From the sequence record LC819005.1: a stretch of 64,000 nt of DNA, one strand, 5' to 3'. The position numbers were made by a program, and so were the translations under genes. The notes beneath the pieces were generated by a model. The model saw only the letters and a program-made list of their open reading frames with translations. It searched no databases and was not told the origin of the DNA. Positions 27,031 through 37,937 of the stretch are shown here, piece after piece (the stretch's first letter is position 1; every line of letters begins with the position of its first letter).

Positions 27031-29262
27031 TTACAGAGCAGGCACGCCAGCATTCGCCCAGGTATCGACGTAGCTTGCCTGCTGTACGGCCAGCGGCAGC
27101 TTCAGGAAATTCTCCATACCCGGTACGACGGTGAGCTTACGGGGATTATCCACACCCGTCATGTCCACAATACAGTTGTAGCGTGCCCGCACACCAAGCA
27201 CGCGCTGAAACACAAACGCAGCATCCTTGGCGTAACTGATGTCACAGGTCTTGAAAGGCAGCTGCTCCTCGAACGTGGTCGAACGACCCACCACGTCAAT
27301 CTCCGGAAACACGTCCATATCCAGCAACAGATCAGCCGTACCCTGCGTCTTCACGTTCCATTCGTCGACCGTCGGAATCTCGATGCCGTAGGTGGTCTCG
27401 GTGCTGATGTCGAGATCGTCTTCCCGGACTTGCTGGAAGCCTGCATCGATCACCGGACCCGAGTTGATCGAAAGCCCAATCTGGATCGAGTAGCTGGAGA
27501 GCGTCGTGAGAATGCCCGCCATCGCGCGCTGAATGTCAGCCATCGTGATAGTCGACGTCAGGTTCGCACCTGTGGCTTCCTTCAGAATCACTGTCGACAG
27601 TTCCAGCAACTGGTCAGGGGTCAGGTCCTTCACCACGATGTTGCGATCGGCAAACCACGACGCGTAGTTCTGGCCCGGTGTGTCGCCGAGCGTGAACTTT
27701 TCGTCACCCCACAGACGACAGATCGCCGCTTCCTTCTGACCACGAGCCGTCATGTACTCTTCCTGACAGACCATCGCCCACTGCTCGTTCGCTGCTTCAA
27801 AGACTTCTTGGCAGTGATTGCGGAACGACTCCAACGAGATCTGCGGTTGCAGCGCTGGCATCGTCGCACGGGCGGTCATCAACCACTGATCCGGTACACG
27901 CTTCGGATTGACCACGGCCTGCATGTCAGACAACAGTGCCAGACCAATACGCTCCACCCGGTTTGCGACCACCGTCGGCAAGGTATCCATCTGGAAGCCC
28001 TGTCCCACCACGAAAGCGTAAGCGTAGAAGCAGAACGCATCAATCGGGTTCAGTGACAACCGCACACCGTTGGCCGGAATCACGAAATTCACGAATGCCT
28101 GATAGTAGCCCTTGTGCGCCAACCACAACCAGTGCTGCAGCACGATGTCGGCCATGCGGAACTTCTCGCTATCCGTGTAATCGATCACGGTCGACTGCAA
28201 CAGCTTGGTCGGCACGTTCGGATTCAGCGTATAGGTTGCGATGTCCTCGATATGGAGCTCTTCCTGATCCCGATACTGGTGATTCACCGGGTTGATGATG
28301 TCCTCGATGTCGAGCACTTCATCCAGCGTGTACTGGTTCTTGTTGTCGATATTGACCGCGGTGTTCAGCGGCTTCTTCTCAAACACCACCAGCGGCAGCA
28401 GGTTATCCGGCATGTTCTCCGTCGAGTGCGCCATACTGAAGTGGCCCATCGGCAGATTGCGATCCGTGAACGTCTTTTGCAACAGCGCGTCGAAGATCTC
28501 TTCGCGACCGTTGTTGTTCTGGATATACGCCAGGTTGTGATAGAAGTACATCTGTTGGGCGCGCGTCATGTACGGCACGTACTTGTCGAGCTTGGAATTG
28601 CTCGCCAGGTACTGCTGCACGTGATAGCTGTGTGCCTCATACGTCAGACACGCATTGGCCCGGATGTTCTCGATCGCACCCGGCAGCGAACCGTACAGCA
28701 CCGTCAAGAGACCCGCGAAATACAGGTTATCCGTGTTGGTGTACTGCACGTTGTGCCAGCGACGGATAAAGCCGTCCACGTGATCCTGCAGCGCCGGAAT
28801 CAGGCTGGGCTCAGTGTCTTCCACGAGCGTATCCGGGTAAGCAAGGATCTGGCCGTCATAGGCCGCAATTGCAACATCGATATCGGCCGGGTAGAGAATC
28901 CCGCGGATCAGGTCTTCCTGATCGGGATACTTGTCGACCAATTCTTTGTAATATGTTGTGCCAAAAGCGTAAGCTTTCTTTGTCGCGCGGTGAAACTCCA
29001 GGTTCGCCTTGGAGAATACAATCTCCTCCAGGCTGTCCAGCGAGGTGATCATCATCGGCGTATCGCTGGCGAAATACTCACCCGAGAGATTCAGGTAGTA
29101 TTTCCAGGTACGCGGGTCATTCTCGTCGTAGCTTGCGTTCGTGTAGCCCTGGACCCACTGGTTCATCAGCGTGGCCGCATCGCTAAATTTCAACACGATA
29201 CTGGAAGCCAAATCGAAGATGCTGTCCACGTAGATTTGGTAGTATTTGTTTTCCAATTCCAT
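27031..29262 (-). CDS. Large virion structural (baseplate-type) protein conserved in phiKZ-like phages
   Basis: 743 aa; DPRTWKYYLNLSGEY motif; divergent from the portal gene. Confidence 0.7.
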   Translation of the reverse strand: MELENKYYQIYVDSIFDLASSIVLKFSDAATLMNQWVQGYTNASYDENDPRTWKYYLNLSGEYFASDTPMMITSLDSLEEIVFSKANLEFHRATKKAYAFGTTYYKELVDKYPDQEDLIRGILYPADIDVAIAAYDGQILAYPDTLVEDTEPSLIPALQDHVDGFIRRWHNVQYTNTDNLYFAGLLTVLYGSLPGAIENIRANACLTYEAHSYHVQQYLASNSKLDKYVPYMTRAQQMYFYHNLAYIQNNNGREEIFDALLQKTFTDRNLPMGHFSMAHSTENMPDNLLPLVVFEKKPLNTAVNIDNKNQYTLDEVLDIEDIINPVNHQYRDQEELHIEDIATYTLNPNVPTKLLQSTVIDYTDSEKFRMADIVLQHWLWLAHKGYYQAFVNFVIPANGVRLSLNPIDAFCFYAYAFVVGQGFQMDTLPTVVANRVERIGLALLSDMQAVVNPKRVPDQWLMTARATMPALQPQISLESFRNHCQEVFEAANEQWAMVCQEEYMTARGQKEAAICRLWGDEKFTLGDTPGQNYASWFADRNIVVKDLTPDQLLELSTVILKEATGANLTSTITMADIQRAMAGILTTLSSYSIQIGLSINSGPVIDAGFQQVREDDLDISTETTYGIEIPTVDEWNVKTQGTADLLLDMDVFPEIDVVGRSTTFEEQLPFKTCDISYAKDAAFVFQRVLGVRARYNCIVDMTGVDNPRKLTVVPGMENFLKLPLAVQQASYVDTWANAGVPAL

Positions 29263-29290
29263 CCACCTATTCGGTTCGCAGGATTCCTAA

Positions 29291-32176
29291 ATGGCTAAAG
29301 AGAATACGTTCGCCCAAGTCGTGAGTCTGCAAGGCTCACGACAACGGGTGCCAGCGCTGCAGCTGGTAAGGGACAAGCCCCTCTCTGCATTGCTTTCGAA
29401 GGCGGTCGATCCGACCATCCAGCCTTCGCACACCGCAGCCGGTTCTCGTAAAGTTGAAGCGCCCAGTCTGGGCGCGTTGCACAACATTGCGGGACGTACC
29501 GCTAACAACATCTCGCATGCCGACACCGTCATGCAGATGCTGCCCGACATGCAGTTGGGCGCCCAGATTCTGGTGAGCTCGGTCACGTCGCCGAAAGACA
29601 TGGTGACGCTGGAGCTGAATTACCAGACCACCCCCGGCATACTGCCTCCGACTGTCCTGGCCACTGTTGTCCAGGCCGTGCGTGACCATTTCGATAACGT
29701 CTACAAGATTAAGAACAAGATCCCCCGGATCATTCACGAAATCTTGTTCGAAAAGGGCTCGCACATCGTCGCGATCATCCCGGAAAACTCCATCGACGAG
29801 ATGATCAACCGCAGCAATGCGATCTCGATGGAATCGTTCCACGAAGCGCTCGGAATTGCTCCGGGCATGCCGATGACCAAGGAACAAGCGCTCGCCGCTA
29901 ACCAAGGGATTCTCGGCGCGGGGATCGAAGGCTACACCGACAAGAATGCCAAGGGACGCAGCTCTAAGGGTCTCGGTAGTGCGGCGTGGTCCGTCGGTAC
30001 GGAGTCGCTCGAAGACGCGTTTGCTTCGTTCAAAACAGAGCAACTGCCGTTCTCGCAACAGATGCACTTTGAAGGCGCGACCAAGGGCCAGTTCGAAGCA
30101 TTGGAAGGTCTGTATATCACGGACAATCCGAACGTGCTGCGCCTGCCCAAGCTCGAAGAGAAGATCCGTCGTGACCAGTTGAACGCGAAGATGCGTTTTA
30201 ACAACACGGCTCTGGCACTCGAAGCACTGGGTGCGGGTCAGATCAAGCTCGATGACCGCAGCCTCAAGAACCTGATCTACAAGCCGCGCAAACGCGGTGT
30301 GCAGCCGTTGCAGGCACTGAAGACCGACAGCCAGCTGGAACGTCGTTCGGTAGGCCATCCGCTCGTGATGGAACTGCCCTCGGAATCCGTGGTGCCGGTC
30401 TACACGCCCGGTCAGGAAGACAAGCACGTCGGCTACTTCGTGTTGCTGGATCACACGGGGAATCCGGTCAAGGCGATGAACGAGAAGGATTCGTTCGGGG
30501 AAATGTCGGCGCGTCTGTTGAAAGCATCCAACCAGACCACCAACATCACCAACCGCCTGAAGCAGTTGACCGACGGCCTGAACTGTTCGGAGCAGGAATA
30601 CACCGAGCAGATGGTGCGCGTCTATGCGGACATGGTCGAGCAGGATCTGTTGGCGCGTCTGCGTAACGGGATGTACACCAACGCCGTCGCGCTGGCGAAG
30701 AACACCGACTACTACCGTGTGATGCTCTCGCGGGTGCTGCAACAGCAGCATACGACGATCCTGTTCATGCCGGCTGATCTGATCACGTATTTTGCACGTA
30801 AATACAATCAGTACGGTATCGGTATCTCGATCCTCGACGAGATGAAGATCCTGAACAACATGCGCGCGATTGCGATGATGGGTAACACCATTCTCGGCAT
30901 CAAGAACTCGATCCCGCGCACACAGGTGAACCTGACCATCGACGAGACCGATCCCGACCCGTACAAGACGGCTGAAACCGTCCTGAACGAAATCGCTCGG
31001 GTGAACCAGACTGCGGTGCCGTTCGGTGCTTCGGCGCCGGTTGACATTGCCGACTACTACCAGCGTGCTCAGTATCAGGTTCGGGTCACGGGTCACCCCG
31101 CGATTCCCGAGACGAACATCGAGTACACCGAGCAGAACTCGAACTACCAGAAGGTTGACACCGATCTGGAAGACAGTCTGCAAAAACGTGCGCTGATGGC
31201 GATGGGCTTGAATCAGGAGCACATCAACAACGGCTTCAACACGGAAACGGCAACGTCGGTAGTGGCCAATAACCTGATGCTTTCGCGTCGGGTGATGGTG
31301 ATTCAGGATCAGGTCAACCCGCACATCACGGACTACCACCGCAAGGTGATCCGTGCGGACGAAATCCTGCGTCAAGAGCTACGCGACATTCTCTTCACCG
31401 CTTACGACGAACTCGAAATCGACGAAGACGAAATCGCCAAGCAAATCGGACAGGACAAGGCGCAAGTGAAACCGCTGGTGATCGAACACATCATCAACGA
31501 TTTCGTGGAAGGGCTGGAAGTGTCGCTGCCGCGCCCGAATACGGCGACGACGGAGAACCAGAAGGCCGCGCTCGAAAGCTATCGCGATCTGCTCGACGAC
31601 GCCATCGACAACTACATCTCGGAAGACTACTTCACTGACGAAGTTGGTGGAGCGATCAGCCGTGACGTGGATAGCGTCAAGAAGATGTTGCGTGCCTACT
31701 TCATGCGTCGTTTCATGTCGGAAAACGGCATCATGCCGGAACTGGCAGAGATCGTGACCCTGAACGAGGACGACGAAGCCGAAGTCGACCTCTGGCTGGA
31801 GCAGTCGGAGCACATCAAGAAGCTGATGAAGACGATGTCGGGCTTCATGAAACGTATCCACAAGACCAAGCAGGACACCAACGAGGTCGTGGATCGGTTG
31901 AATGAGACGGCAGGTGGCGATCCTGATGGTGGTTACGGTAGCGGCAGCTCCGATACCTCGTCGGACAGCTCGGATTCGTCCAGCAGTTCGGATGATCCGT
32001 TCGGCGCTGGCGGTGGTGATGGTGGGTTGGACTTCCCGGGTCTGAGTGATGCAGGTGCGGGGGATGACGCGAACGCTAATCCGGATGACGATGCAAATGC
32101 CAATCCGGACGCCAACGCTGAACCGAAGGAAGGGGATGAAGACACCGACACCCCGCCTGAGGAACCCACGCTATGA
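29291..32176 (+). CDS. Portal protein (phiKZ gp129-like)
   Basis: 961 aa, opposite strand to its neighbours, acidic low-complexity tail, SME/SLE/ALE putative cleavage motifs; position matches phiKZ synteny (recall). Confidence 0.75.
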   Translation: MAKENTFAQVVSLQGSRQRVPALQLVRDKPLSALLSKAVDPTIQPSHTAAGSRKVEAPSLGALHNIAGRTANNISHADTVMQMLPDMQLGAQILVSSVTSPKDMVTLELNYQTTPGILPPTVLATVVQAVRDHFDNVYKIKNKIPRIIHEILFEKGSHIVAIIPENSIDEMINRSNAISMESFHEALGIAPGMPMTKEQALAANQGILGAGIEGYTDKNAKGRSSKGLGSAAWSVGTESLEDAFASFKTEQLPFSQQMHFEGATKGQFEALEGLYITDNPNVLRLPKLEEKIRRDQLNAKMRFNNTALALEALGAGQIKLDDRSLKNLIYKPRKRGVQPLQALKTDSQLERRSVGHPLVMELPSESVVPVYTPGQEDKHVGYFVLLDHTGNPVKAMNEKDSFGEMSARLLKASNQTTNITNRLKQLTDGLNCSEQEYTEQMVRVYADMVEQDLLARLRNGMYTNAVALAKNTDYYRVMLSRVLQQQHTTILFMPADLITYFARKYNQYGIGISILDEMKILNNMRAIAMMGNTILGIKNSIPRTQVNLTIDETDPDPYKTAETVLNEIARVNQTAVPFGASAPVDIADYYQRAQYQVRVTGHPAIPETNIEYTEQNSNYQKVDTDLEDSLQKRALMAMGLNQEHINNGFNTETATSVVANNLMLSRRVMVIQDQVNPHITDYHRKVIRADEILRQELRDILFTAYDELEIDEDEIAKQIGQDKAQVKPLVIEHIINDFVEGLEVSLPRPNTATTENQKAALESYRDLLDDAIDNYISEDYFTDEVGGAISRDVDSVKKMLRAYFMRRFMSENGIMPELAEIVTLNEDDEAEVDLWLEQSEHIKKLMKTMSGFMKRIHKTKQDTNEVVDRLNETAGGDPDGGYGSGSSDTSSDSSDSSSSSDDPFGAGGGDGGLDFPGLSDAGAGDDANANPDDDANANPDANAEPKEGDEDTDTPPEEPTL

Positions 32177-32397
32177 GCGTCATCGTCCTTCTGATCGGTT
32201 CCCTGTTCCTGTTTCTTGGGATCAAGCTCTCCTTGATGGCACAGGAGCTCCACATGCTGGGGTTCCGTAAAGAAGGGCGAAACATGGCTGAACTAGCCGT
32301 GACGCTGGCGCTGTTGGGTTTTGTTCTCTGGTCGACAGGTACACCGACACCGGATGAACCGATCCTGACTGATCCGGATGCTTTCTGGCAACAGTAA
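32173..32397 (+). CDS. Small membrane protein with two TM helices
   Basis: 4-bp overlap with the portal stop; two hydrophobic stretches. Confidence 0.55.
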   Translation: MSVIVLLIGSLFLFLGIKLSLMAQELHMLGFRKEGRNMAELAVTLALLGFVLWSTGTPTPDEPILTDPDAFWQQ

Positions 32398-32415
32398 AGC
32401 AAAAAAAAGAAGACG

Positions 32416-32458
32416 ACATAGGCGAGAGAGACCCGAAGGTCTCTCTCGCTTTATGCCG
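32416..32458. terminator. Bidirectional terminator, copy 1
   Basis: GCGAGAGAGACC-cgaa-GGTCTCTCTCGC followed by TTTATGCCG; the hairpin is identical to the one at 42994. Confidence 0.88.
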
Positions 32459-32605
32459 CCTCTTAAAGGCTTTCCCGCAAAGGGTGGACTGAAGAGTACA
32501 ACTGGATGGAAAGGTAAAGCTCCTAATGGGTTAGGGCCAACGTAAAGCCATCCGGATACCAGAGCGGGCTCTTATGCCCGTCATCCCACTCTGGTTCCCT
32601 GTTCT

Positions 32606-34735
32606 TTACGCAGGCTTCACTTCCTTGGACAGGAGGAAGCATTGACGGTTCAGCAGGCCGCGATGCAGGCGGTAGCGAACGTTGTCCTTGGTGACGAGGA
32701 ATTGCTCCGAGAAAGACATCGTGTTGATCGCATCATCGAACGTGCTACGCGCGATTTCGTACAGCGCGCCGAGCGAATCCGGCTGAATGGCTGCCGCGCC
32801 CTTCGGCGGCATGGCGATGGCGAGTTCATCATCCGTGAAGTTGACCCACACGGCACACACGTTGCGTTGCAAGAACAACACACGCTTGAGCATGGCTTCG
32901 CTCAGTTCTTCCACATCTCCCGTCGTGAGGGTTGCATTGGCGTAGCTGACCATTTCGGTCGCCGGCATCACGGTCACATTCGCTTTCAACAACGCTTGCT
33001 GGCTCGAACGCATCTTTTCACCCACCAGGGCGCCTTGCGTACGCTCCAGCACGTCGATGATTTGCGAACCGTCTTCCGCGAAGTCCGAAATCCGCACACC
33101 GACGCCGAGTTCACATTCGATCGCGCGGTTCACGGCTTGCGTGAGAACGTCGTTGATGGTCTTGCGTGCGAGGTCGCTGCGGATCTTGCTGATGTAACCT
33201 GCTGCTTCCACAAAGTCCTTGCTGCCTGCGATGGCGCGCAGTACGATCGCGTCGTCGCTTGCTTCTTCGGCTTCCGCGTAGATCACCGGCTGATTGACGA
33301 TCGACATCTTGACGAACGCATCAGGCACCTTCTCGCTCATCTCAGCGGCCAGGCGAGCCGTGCGCATCGCGCCCGACACGTCTTCTTCCGAGCTGAAGTG
33401 TTCGGCAACCGTGATGTTGATCTTCACGTTCTTCACATCCGTGTACAGCACGGCTGCTTCCTTGCGCACCGGACGCACCACGGCTTCCGGATCAGGCTGG
33501 CCCTTCGACGGATCGATGGCGTGTGCTTCGTAGTTCATTGCAATTTCCTTCTGTTTTTCGTCCAGCGGCTGCAGCATCGCGACAACCTGACCGTCCCTCG
33601 TTTCGAAATAATGCACCATGTGCGTACGCGCGCACCACGCCGGGTGAAAGCGTTGCAGCTGGCACGACTTCCATGCCTTTGCGCCCGCGCCTTCCGGCAG
33701 CTTACGCATTACGTCCACATTCACCCCAGCGATCTGCACCGAGAACATCGCTTTGGCCGGCTTGACTTCTGCGACTTCCGGCACCGGCGTGCTTTCCACC
33801 GACTTGCTGAAGTCCGTCACATTCGAATCGAATCGACGGGCGGCTTCTGCGGCTTCCTGATCCAGCTCAGGCTGACCGTGCTGTGTCGTCGCAGCCAGGC
33901 GGCTACGCAGACGCGAACGATAGCCCGTATCCGTCGGGGTCGGATCAGGGCGATCCAGCGACATGGCCGGTGCATTGCCGCCTTCAGCCAGGCCCGATTC
34001 ATGCAGCGCGCTTTGCAGTGACCCTTCCATCTTGCCCAGCAGCTTTTCAGCCCGACGTCCGTAACGACCCGCACCACGCGTCGCATTGTTGTTGTACGCG
34101 CTCGTCGTCACACCGCCTTCGAACTGCTGCGGTGCTTCGACGTAACCACCCGTCAAACCACGCGCAGCTGCCATCGCTTGCTGAGTCGTGCCGCTCACAC
34201 CCGACAGACCACCTGCCGAACCACCCATCTGCGAGAACGGGATGAACTGTGCCTGACCTTGCGCGAGCGAGAGCAGGTAGTTCCAGATCTCGGCGTTTTC
34301 ACGCACGTCCGCCTGATCACGCGGCGAGAGCGTGTTCATGAACTCCGGATCTTCCGCAGCCATAGCCGACGCACACGTTTTCACGCCACGTGCGATACAT
34401 TCTGCCGCTGCTGCGTCGAGCGAACGGAATTCACCTGCCTGGGCACCGTACGCCATACGCGTAACGATGGTTTGCACCAGGTCCTGGAACAGCGCGTTGT
34501 TGAACGCGTTTTCCGAGGTGATGTTGAACATACCCAGACGGATCGGATGACCGCGCTGTGCGTGGTTCTGGATTTCCTGGATCACCATCAGGCAGATCTT
34601 CGGCGTGAGCTGATCGTACGGCTGGCCGATGCCGAAGTTCCAGCCAGAGAACTGCATGGCGATCTGGTTCACGTCGTACGTTTCGATCGCAACGGAGCCT
34701 GCCGCGGGGCGATTGAACATAGTGGTCGAATGCAT
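32606..34735 (-). CDS. Conserved phiKZ-like hypothetical protein (709 aa)
   Basis: AAAGGAAA RBS before ATG at 34735; lies downstream of the nvRNAP gene. Confidence 0.8.
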   Translation of the reverse strand: MHSTTMFNRPAAGSVAIETYDVNQIAMQFSGWNFGIGQPYDQLTPKICLMVIQEIQNHAQRGHPIRLGMFNITSENAFNNALFQDLVQTIVTRMAYGAQAGEFRSLDAAAAECIARGVKTCASAMAAEDPEFMNTLSPRDQADVRENAEIWNYLLSLAQGQAQFIPFSQMGGSAGGLSGVSGTTQQAMAAARGLTGGYVEAPQQFEGGVTTSAYNNNATRGAGRYGRRAEKLLGKMEGSLQSALHESGLAEGGNAPAMSLDRPDPTPTDTGYRSRLRSRLAATTQHGQPELDQEAAEAARRFDSNVTDFSKSVESTPVPEVAEVKPAKAMFSVQIAGVNVDVMRKLPEGAGAKAWKSCQLQRFHPAWCARTHMVHYFETRDGQVVAMLQPLDEKQKEIAMNYEAHAIDPSKGQPDPEAVVRPVRKEAAVLYTDVKNVKINITVAEHFSSEEDVSGAMRTARLAAEMSEKVPDAFVKMSIVNQPVIYAEAEEASDDAIVLRAIAGSKDFVEAAGYISKIRSDLARKTINDVLTQAVNRAIECELGVGVRISDFAEDGSQIIDVLERTQGALVGEKMRSSQQALLKANVTVMPATEMVSYANATLTTGDVEELSEAMLKRVLFLQRNVCAVWVNFTDDELAIAMPPKGAAAIQPDSLGALYEIARSTFDDAINTMSFSEQFLVTKDNVRYRLHRGLLNRQCFLLSKEVKPA

Positions 34736-34821
34736 GTTTCTTTCCTTTGCGTTTGAGTTTATTGAGTAACTGTGGTGTTTTGGAGGCACAAAGCGCGGGG
34801 TTTTTCGCCCCGCGCCTCGCA

Positions 34822-36498
34822 TCATTGCTGGGCCACTGCGCGAGTGGTGAGTTCGTTCTTCGCAATCATGTCCAGCAGGTTTTCAAACTTCGGGTTACGC
34901 CTGATGCCAGTGCGATCTTCGCTGAGCAGCATGTAGTGGTTGATCTTGCTGCGGCCGTCCGGATCGGACTTCGGCATGCAGCTGATCGCCGCCACTTCTG
35001 CAATCGACGGGTGAAGACGTCGAGCGGGATCGTTGGCCGTACCCCGGTCACCTGCTTTCTTCACCTGCTTGGACGTTGCCGTCTGAGGGGTGAGGGTAGC
35101 GGTGGCCTTGAACGCCATGTTGTCGCCCGAGTAGCTGATGGAAGCCACTTCGCCGTGCGACTTGCCCAACTGGTAGCACATGCCAGGTTTCAGGTTTTCC
35201 TTCATGTGCTTTTCGATGTCGCGGTCGGTCAGCTCCTTGCGGGAGTTGGCCTTCAGCGCGAAGAACAGATTGAACACTGCCTTCGTCACATCGAACAGCA
35301 CGAAGTACAGCACGGACAACTCCTTGTTGTACATGCTGTTGACCTTGTCCTGGTTGTTCGAAACCAACGTACTGAAATCTCGCGTGATGTGCGCGAAGAA
35401 GTCGTAGATGTCGTTGATATCGATGCCGATGTCGTGCATGTTGTCGATCACCATCGAGTCGGCGTAGTCGTCCAGAGACGACAAGTGCTTACGCACTGCT
35501 TCTTCGATCTTGCCTCGGTTGTTATTCTCCGAGAACAACATGTAACCCATCGGCGCAATCCAGCCTTCAGGCTTGTTCGCCAGGTCGGGCGTGATCTGGC
35601 GCGGGAAATAGTCAGCGACGTAGAAGAGTGCGGCCACATACGGAATCACTTCCGGTTTGAAGTCGCCCTTTCGAATCGCCACCTGGATTTCCGGTGCACG
35701 CCAGTCGATATACTTCTTGCGACGCGTCATGCCTTTGGGCGGAATGCCCTGCGTCGAGTACACGTCCCATTCCATCGGATCGAGTTCCTGGTCGAGATGG
35801 TAGCCCACCAGCGGCGTAATCCCGAGATACTTCTCCAGCGTCCCTGCGAATCCGTACTTACAGAACAGGTAGTGCGGCATCGACGTGAAGGCGTTGTTGG
35901 TCGCCTGCTTGTCTTTGTCCTTGCTCTTGTGATAGATCCGGCTATGCACCAGATCCGTCCGGAACACCTGGCCATTACGCTTATACCAGGCACCCAAACG
36001 CGAGAACGTCAGACGGTCACGAAGCAGCCGCACGAAAATCTGCTCCATGCCCACCGAGATCACCCGGTCAGCCAACACCGGCGAGATGAACCACTTGGTC
36101 CCGCTGATGTAGATCGAGCCTGCTTGTCCGACCGAAGGCAGATAGATCTGCCGCTTCTCCAGCGGCTTGCCGTGGAAGCTGAACGACAACTCCATCAGGA
36201 AGAAGTCGGTCCTGGACATGTCGTACGTCTTGCTGCCGGAATTCTTCGTTCCCGGCGGCGTTTTGACTTTGCGCTTCTTGTTGCGTGGCTTGAGGGACGC
36301 GCGGTATTCCTCGAACGGATCGCAGATGCGATAGCCGTCATAAGTGAGGCCTTCCGGGAATCCCAGGGCGGCGGAGCGAATCACCTGATCGACATAGTCC
36401 GGTGTGTGCTTCATGTGCACGCGCGCCAACCCATTCGCCAAATCCATGTTGAGTGGGGCCGATTGCTTCTCGGTCCACTTCACGAGTCTGGAATGCAT
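34822..36498 (-). CDS. Non-virion RNA polymerase beta subunit, N-terminal part (phiKZ gp123-like)
   Basis: 558 aa; FPEGLxYxGY..C.P.EEY, LPSV, ISGTKWFISPVLAD and K..PDG...IN motifs recalled from gp123 homologues; located after the MCP gene. Confidence 0.8.
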   Translation of the reverse strand: MHSRLVKWTEKQSAPLNMDLANGLARVHMKHTPDYVDQVIRSAALGFPEGLTYDGYRICDPFEEYRASLKPRNKKRKVKTPPGTKNSGSKTYDMSRTDFFLMELSFSFHGKPLEKRQIYLPSVGQAGSIYISGTKWFISPVLADRVISVGMEQIFVRLLRDRLTFSRLGAWYKRNGQVFRTDLVHSRIYHKSKDKDKQATNNAFTSMPHYLFCKYGFAGTLEKYLGITPLVGYHLDQELDPMEWDVYSTQGIPPKGMTRRKKYIDWRAPEIQVAIRKGDFKPEVIPYVAALFYVADYFPRQITPDLANKPEGWIAPMGYMLFSENNNRGKIEEAVRKHLSSLDDYADSMVIDNMHDIGIDINDIYDFFAHITRDFSTLVSNNQDKVNSMYNKELSVLYFVLFDVTKAVFNLFFALKANSRKELTDRDIEKHMKENLKPGMCYQLGKSHGEVASISYSGDNMAFKATATLTPQTATSKQVKKAGDRGTANDPARRLHPSIAEVAAISCMPKSDPDGRSKINHYMLLSEDRTGIRRNPKFENLLDMIAKNELTTRAVAQQ

Positions 36499-36535
36499 GT
36501 TTGTTTCCTGAGAGATGGGTTAGAGTGAGCCTGTA

Positions 36536-37660
36536 TTACTTCTTGAAGGCAGCTACAGTGGCTGCAATCGTAGACAAGACTACAGGCACACACTTAATGA
36601 CTTCTAAAGTATTTTTACGCCGCACACTCAAGATATCTCCGGCTTGTTTCTCCAGATACAGCTCGTGCTCCTTGAGCAACTTCTCACGCTCACGTTGCAG
36701 CTTCTCCAGTTCTTGGCTATGTTTCGTGAGCCGCAACTCGGCATCGCGATCCATGTTTTCCCGTTCCTGCTGCGCTTTGAGCAGTTGGTTCTCTGCCGTG
36801 CGCGCTTTGGTTTCCAGTTCCTGGATCTGGATACTCCCCCGATTCTGCAGAGCTTCCTGCTGAGTCGCATACAACTTGTAAGGGAGTTTTTTGTCACCGA
36901 AGACATACCGATCCGACAACAGCTTCTGCGGACCTTGCCCGTTGAGCAGGTTCTTGGAGTACGTGACGTAGATCCCATCCGCCACATCCGGGTCCTGACA
37001 CGCCACAATACAGAACGGCGTATCATCAATCAGAATCCACTTCGAGCCAAACTCCTCATTGTTATCCACAATGCGAATGTTCAGCGTGAAATCCCCTTTC
37101 CTCAAGTGCGGGTTACCTTCCGCGACCTTCTGGAAAGAATTGAACGTGTGACCCGCTTTCGAATACGGATGATGGATACGTCCCATATCCGCTTCCGAAA
37201 ATCCATACATCACAACGAGGTCGTGTTCTTCCAGATACACGACGCCGTCGTTCTCAAGCAGTTCCACTAGCCTGAGCTTGCTCAGCACGTCGACTGAATA
37301 ACGAGAGGACATCGGTGGTTCCGAGCCCCAGCTAGTCAGCATCGCCTGATGCGCGTACTCTCTCATCGACGTCGCTGTACTTCTAGCCTGACGGATGTAG
37401 TCCTGCTGGGTTTCTGGTGTGCATTCGATGTGCTCGCCAATAAAGAAGAAGTCTGGTTCGTACGCACTCGATTCAAGTCTCGGTCTGACGCGCGTAAGCA
37501 GGCCAGATCGCTCTCGAATGAATACGTCACCCGGTAGACGGTTGACGAAGAACTTCGTACGATCCGTCTCTACTTGCCTACGCCTCTCAACTCTCTGGTC
37601 ATGCGTGAGAGTCTCGACGTGATCGAGGTATATGCGCTTCATGGATATTTCGCTGGTCAT
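36536..37660 (-). CDS. Conserved hypothetical protein with C-terminal coiled coil and hydrophobic tail (phiKZ gp122-like)
   Basis: 374 aa, AAGGAG RBS; lies between the MCP and nvRNAP genes. Confidence 0.75.
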   Translation of the reverse strand: MTSEISMKRIYLDHVETLTHDQRVERRRQVETDRTKFFVNRLPGDVFIRERSGLLTRVRPRLESSAYEPDFFFIGEHIECTPETQQDYIRQARSTATSMREYAHQAMLTSWGSEPPMSSRYSVDVLSKLRLVELLENDGVVYLEEHDLVVMYGFSEADMGRIHHPYSKAGHTFNSFQKVAEGNPHLRKGDFTLNIRIVDNNEEFGSKWILIDDTPFCIVACQDPDVADGIYVTYSKNLLNGQGPQKLLSDRYVFGDKKLPYKLYATQQEALQNRGSIQIQELETKARTAENQLLKAQQERENMDRDAELRLTKHSQELEKLQREREKLLKEHELYLEKQAGDILSVRRKNTLEVIKCVPVVLSTIAATVAAFKK

Positions 37661-37759
37661 GGTTGGACTCCTTTGTCTGTAGTCACGTCGTCTTCAGACA
37701 CGAGAAGTCAACCTCTCGTTGGTCTTCTTGATTCCCAGTTCCTGGTTATCATTCAAGTA

Positions 37760-37778
37760 GTAATATGTTGCTGATGAA
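37760..37778 (-). promoter_or_regulatory. Putative early promoter for the gp122-like/nvRNAP operon
   Basis: Minus strand TTCATCAGCAACATATTAC, preceded by an AT-rich tract. Confidence 0.6.
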
Positions 37779-37806
37779 TCTTTGATTTAAACGAGAAAAA
37801 TCACAG

Positions 37807-37855
37807 CGGCATAAATAGCAAAATAAAAAGAGGGAGGCCGAAGCCTCCCTCTTTT
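37807..37855 (-). terminator. Terminator after the major capsid gene
   Basis: AGAGGGAGGC-cgaa-GCCTCCCTCT; on the minus strand followed by T-runs and TTATGCCG. Confidence 0.85.
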
Positions 37856-37937
37856 AGCAGCGCCCTGGTAGGCGGATCACCTTCCTGGATTAGCTGCCGT
37901 ACTCGTGGAAACCGTCCAGGTCAGTGACCCGGAAAGC

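Noticed and set aside
31900-32176. Ser/Asp/Gly low-complexity and DDANANP duplication at the portal C-terminus as a repeat element
   Set aside because: An in-frame disordered acidic tail, ordinary for large virion proteins.
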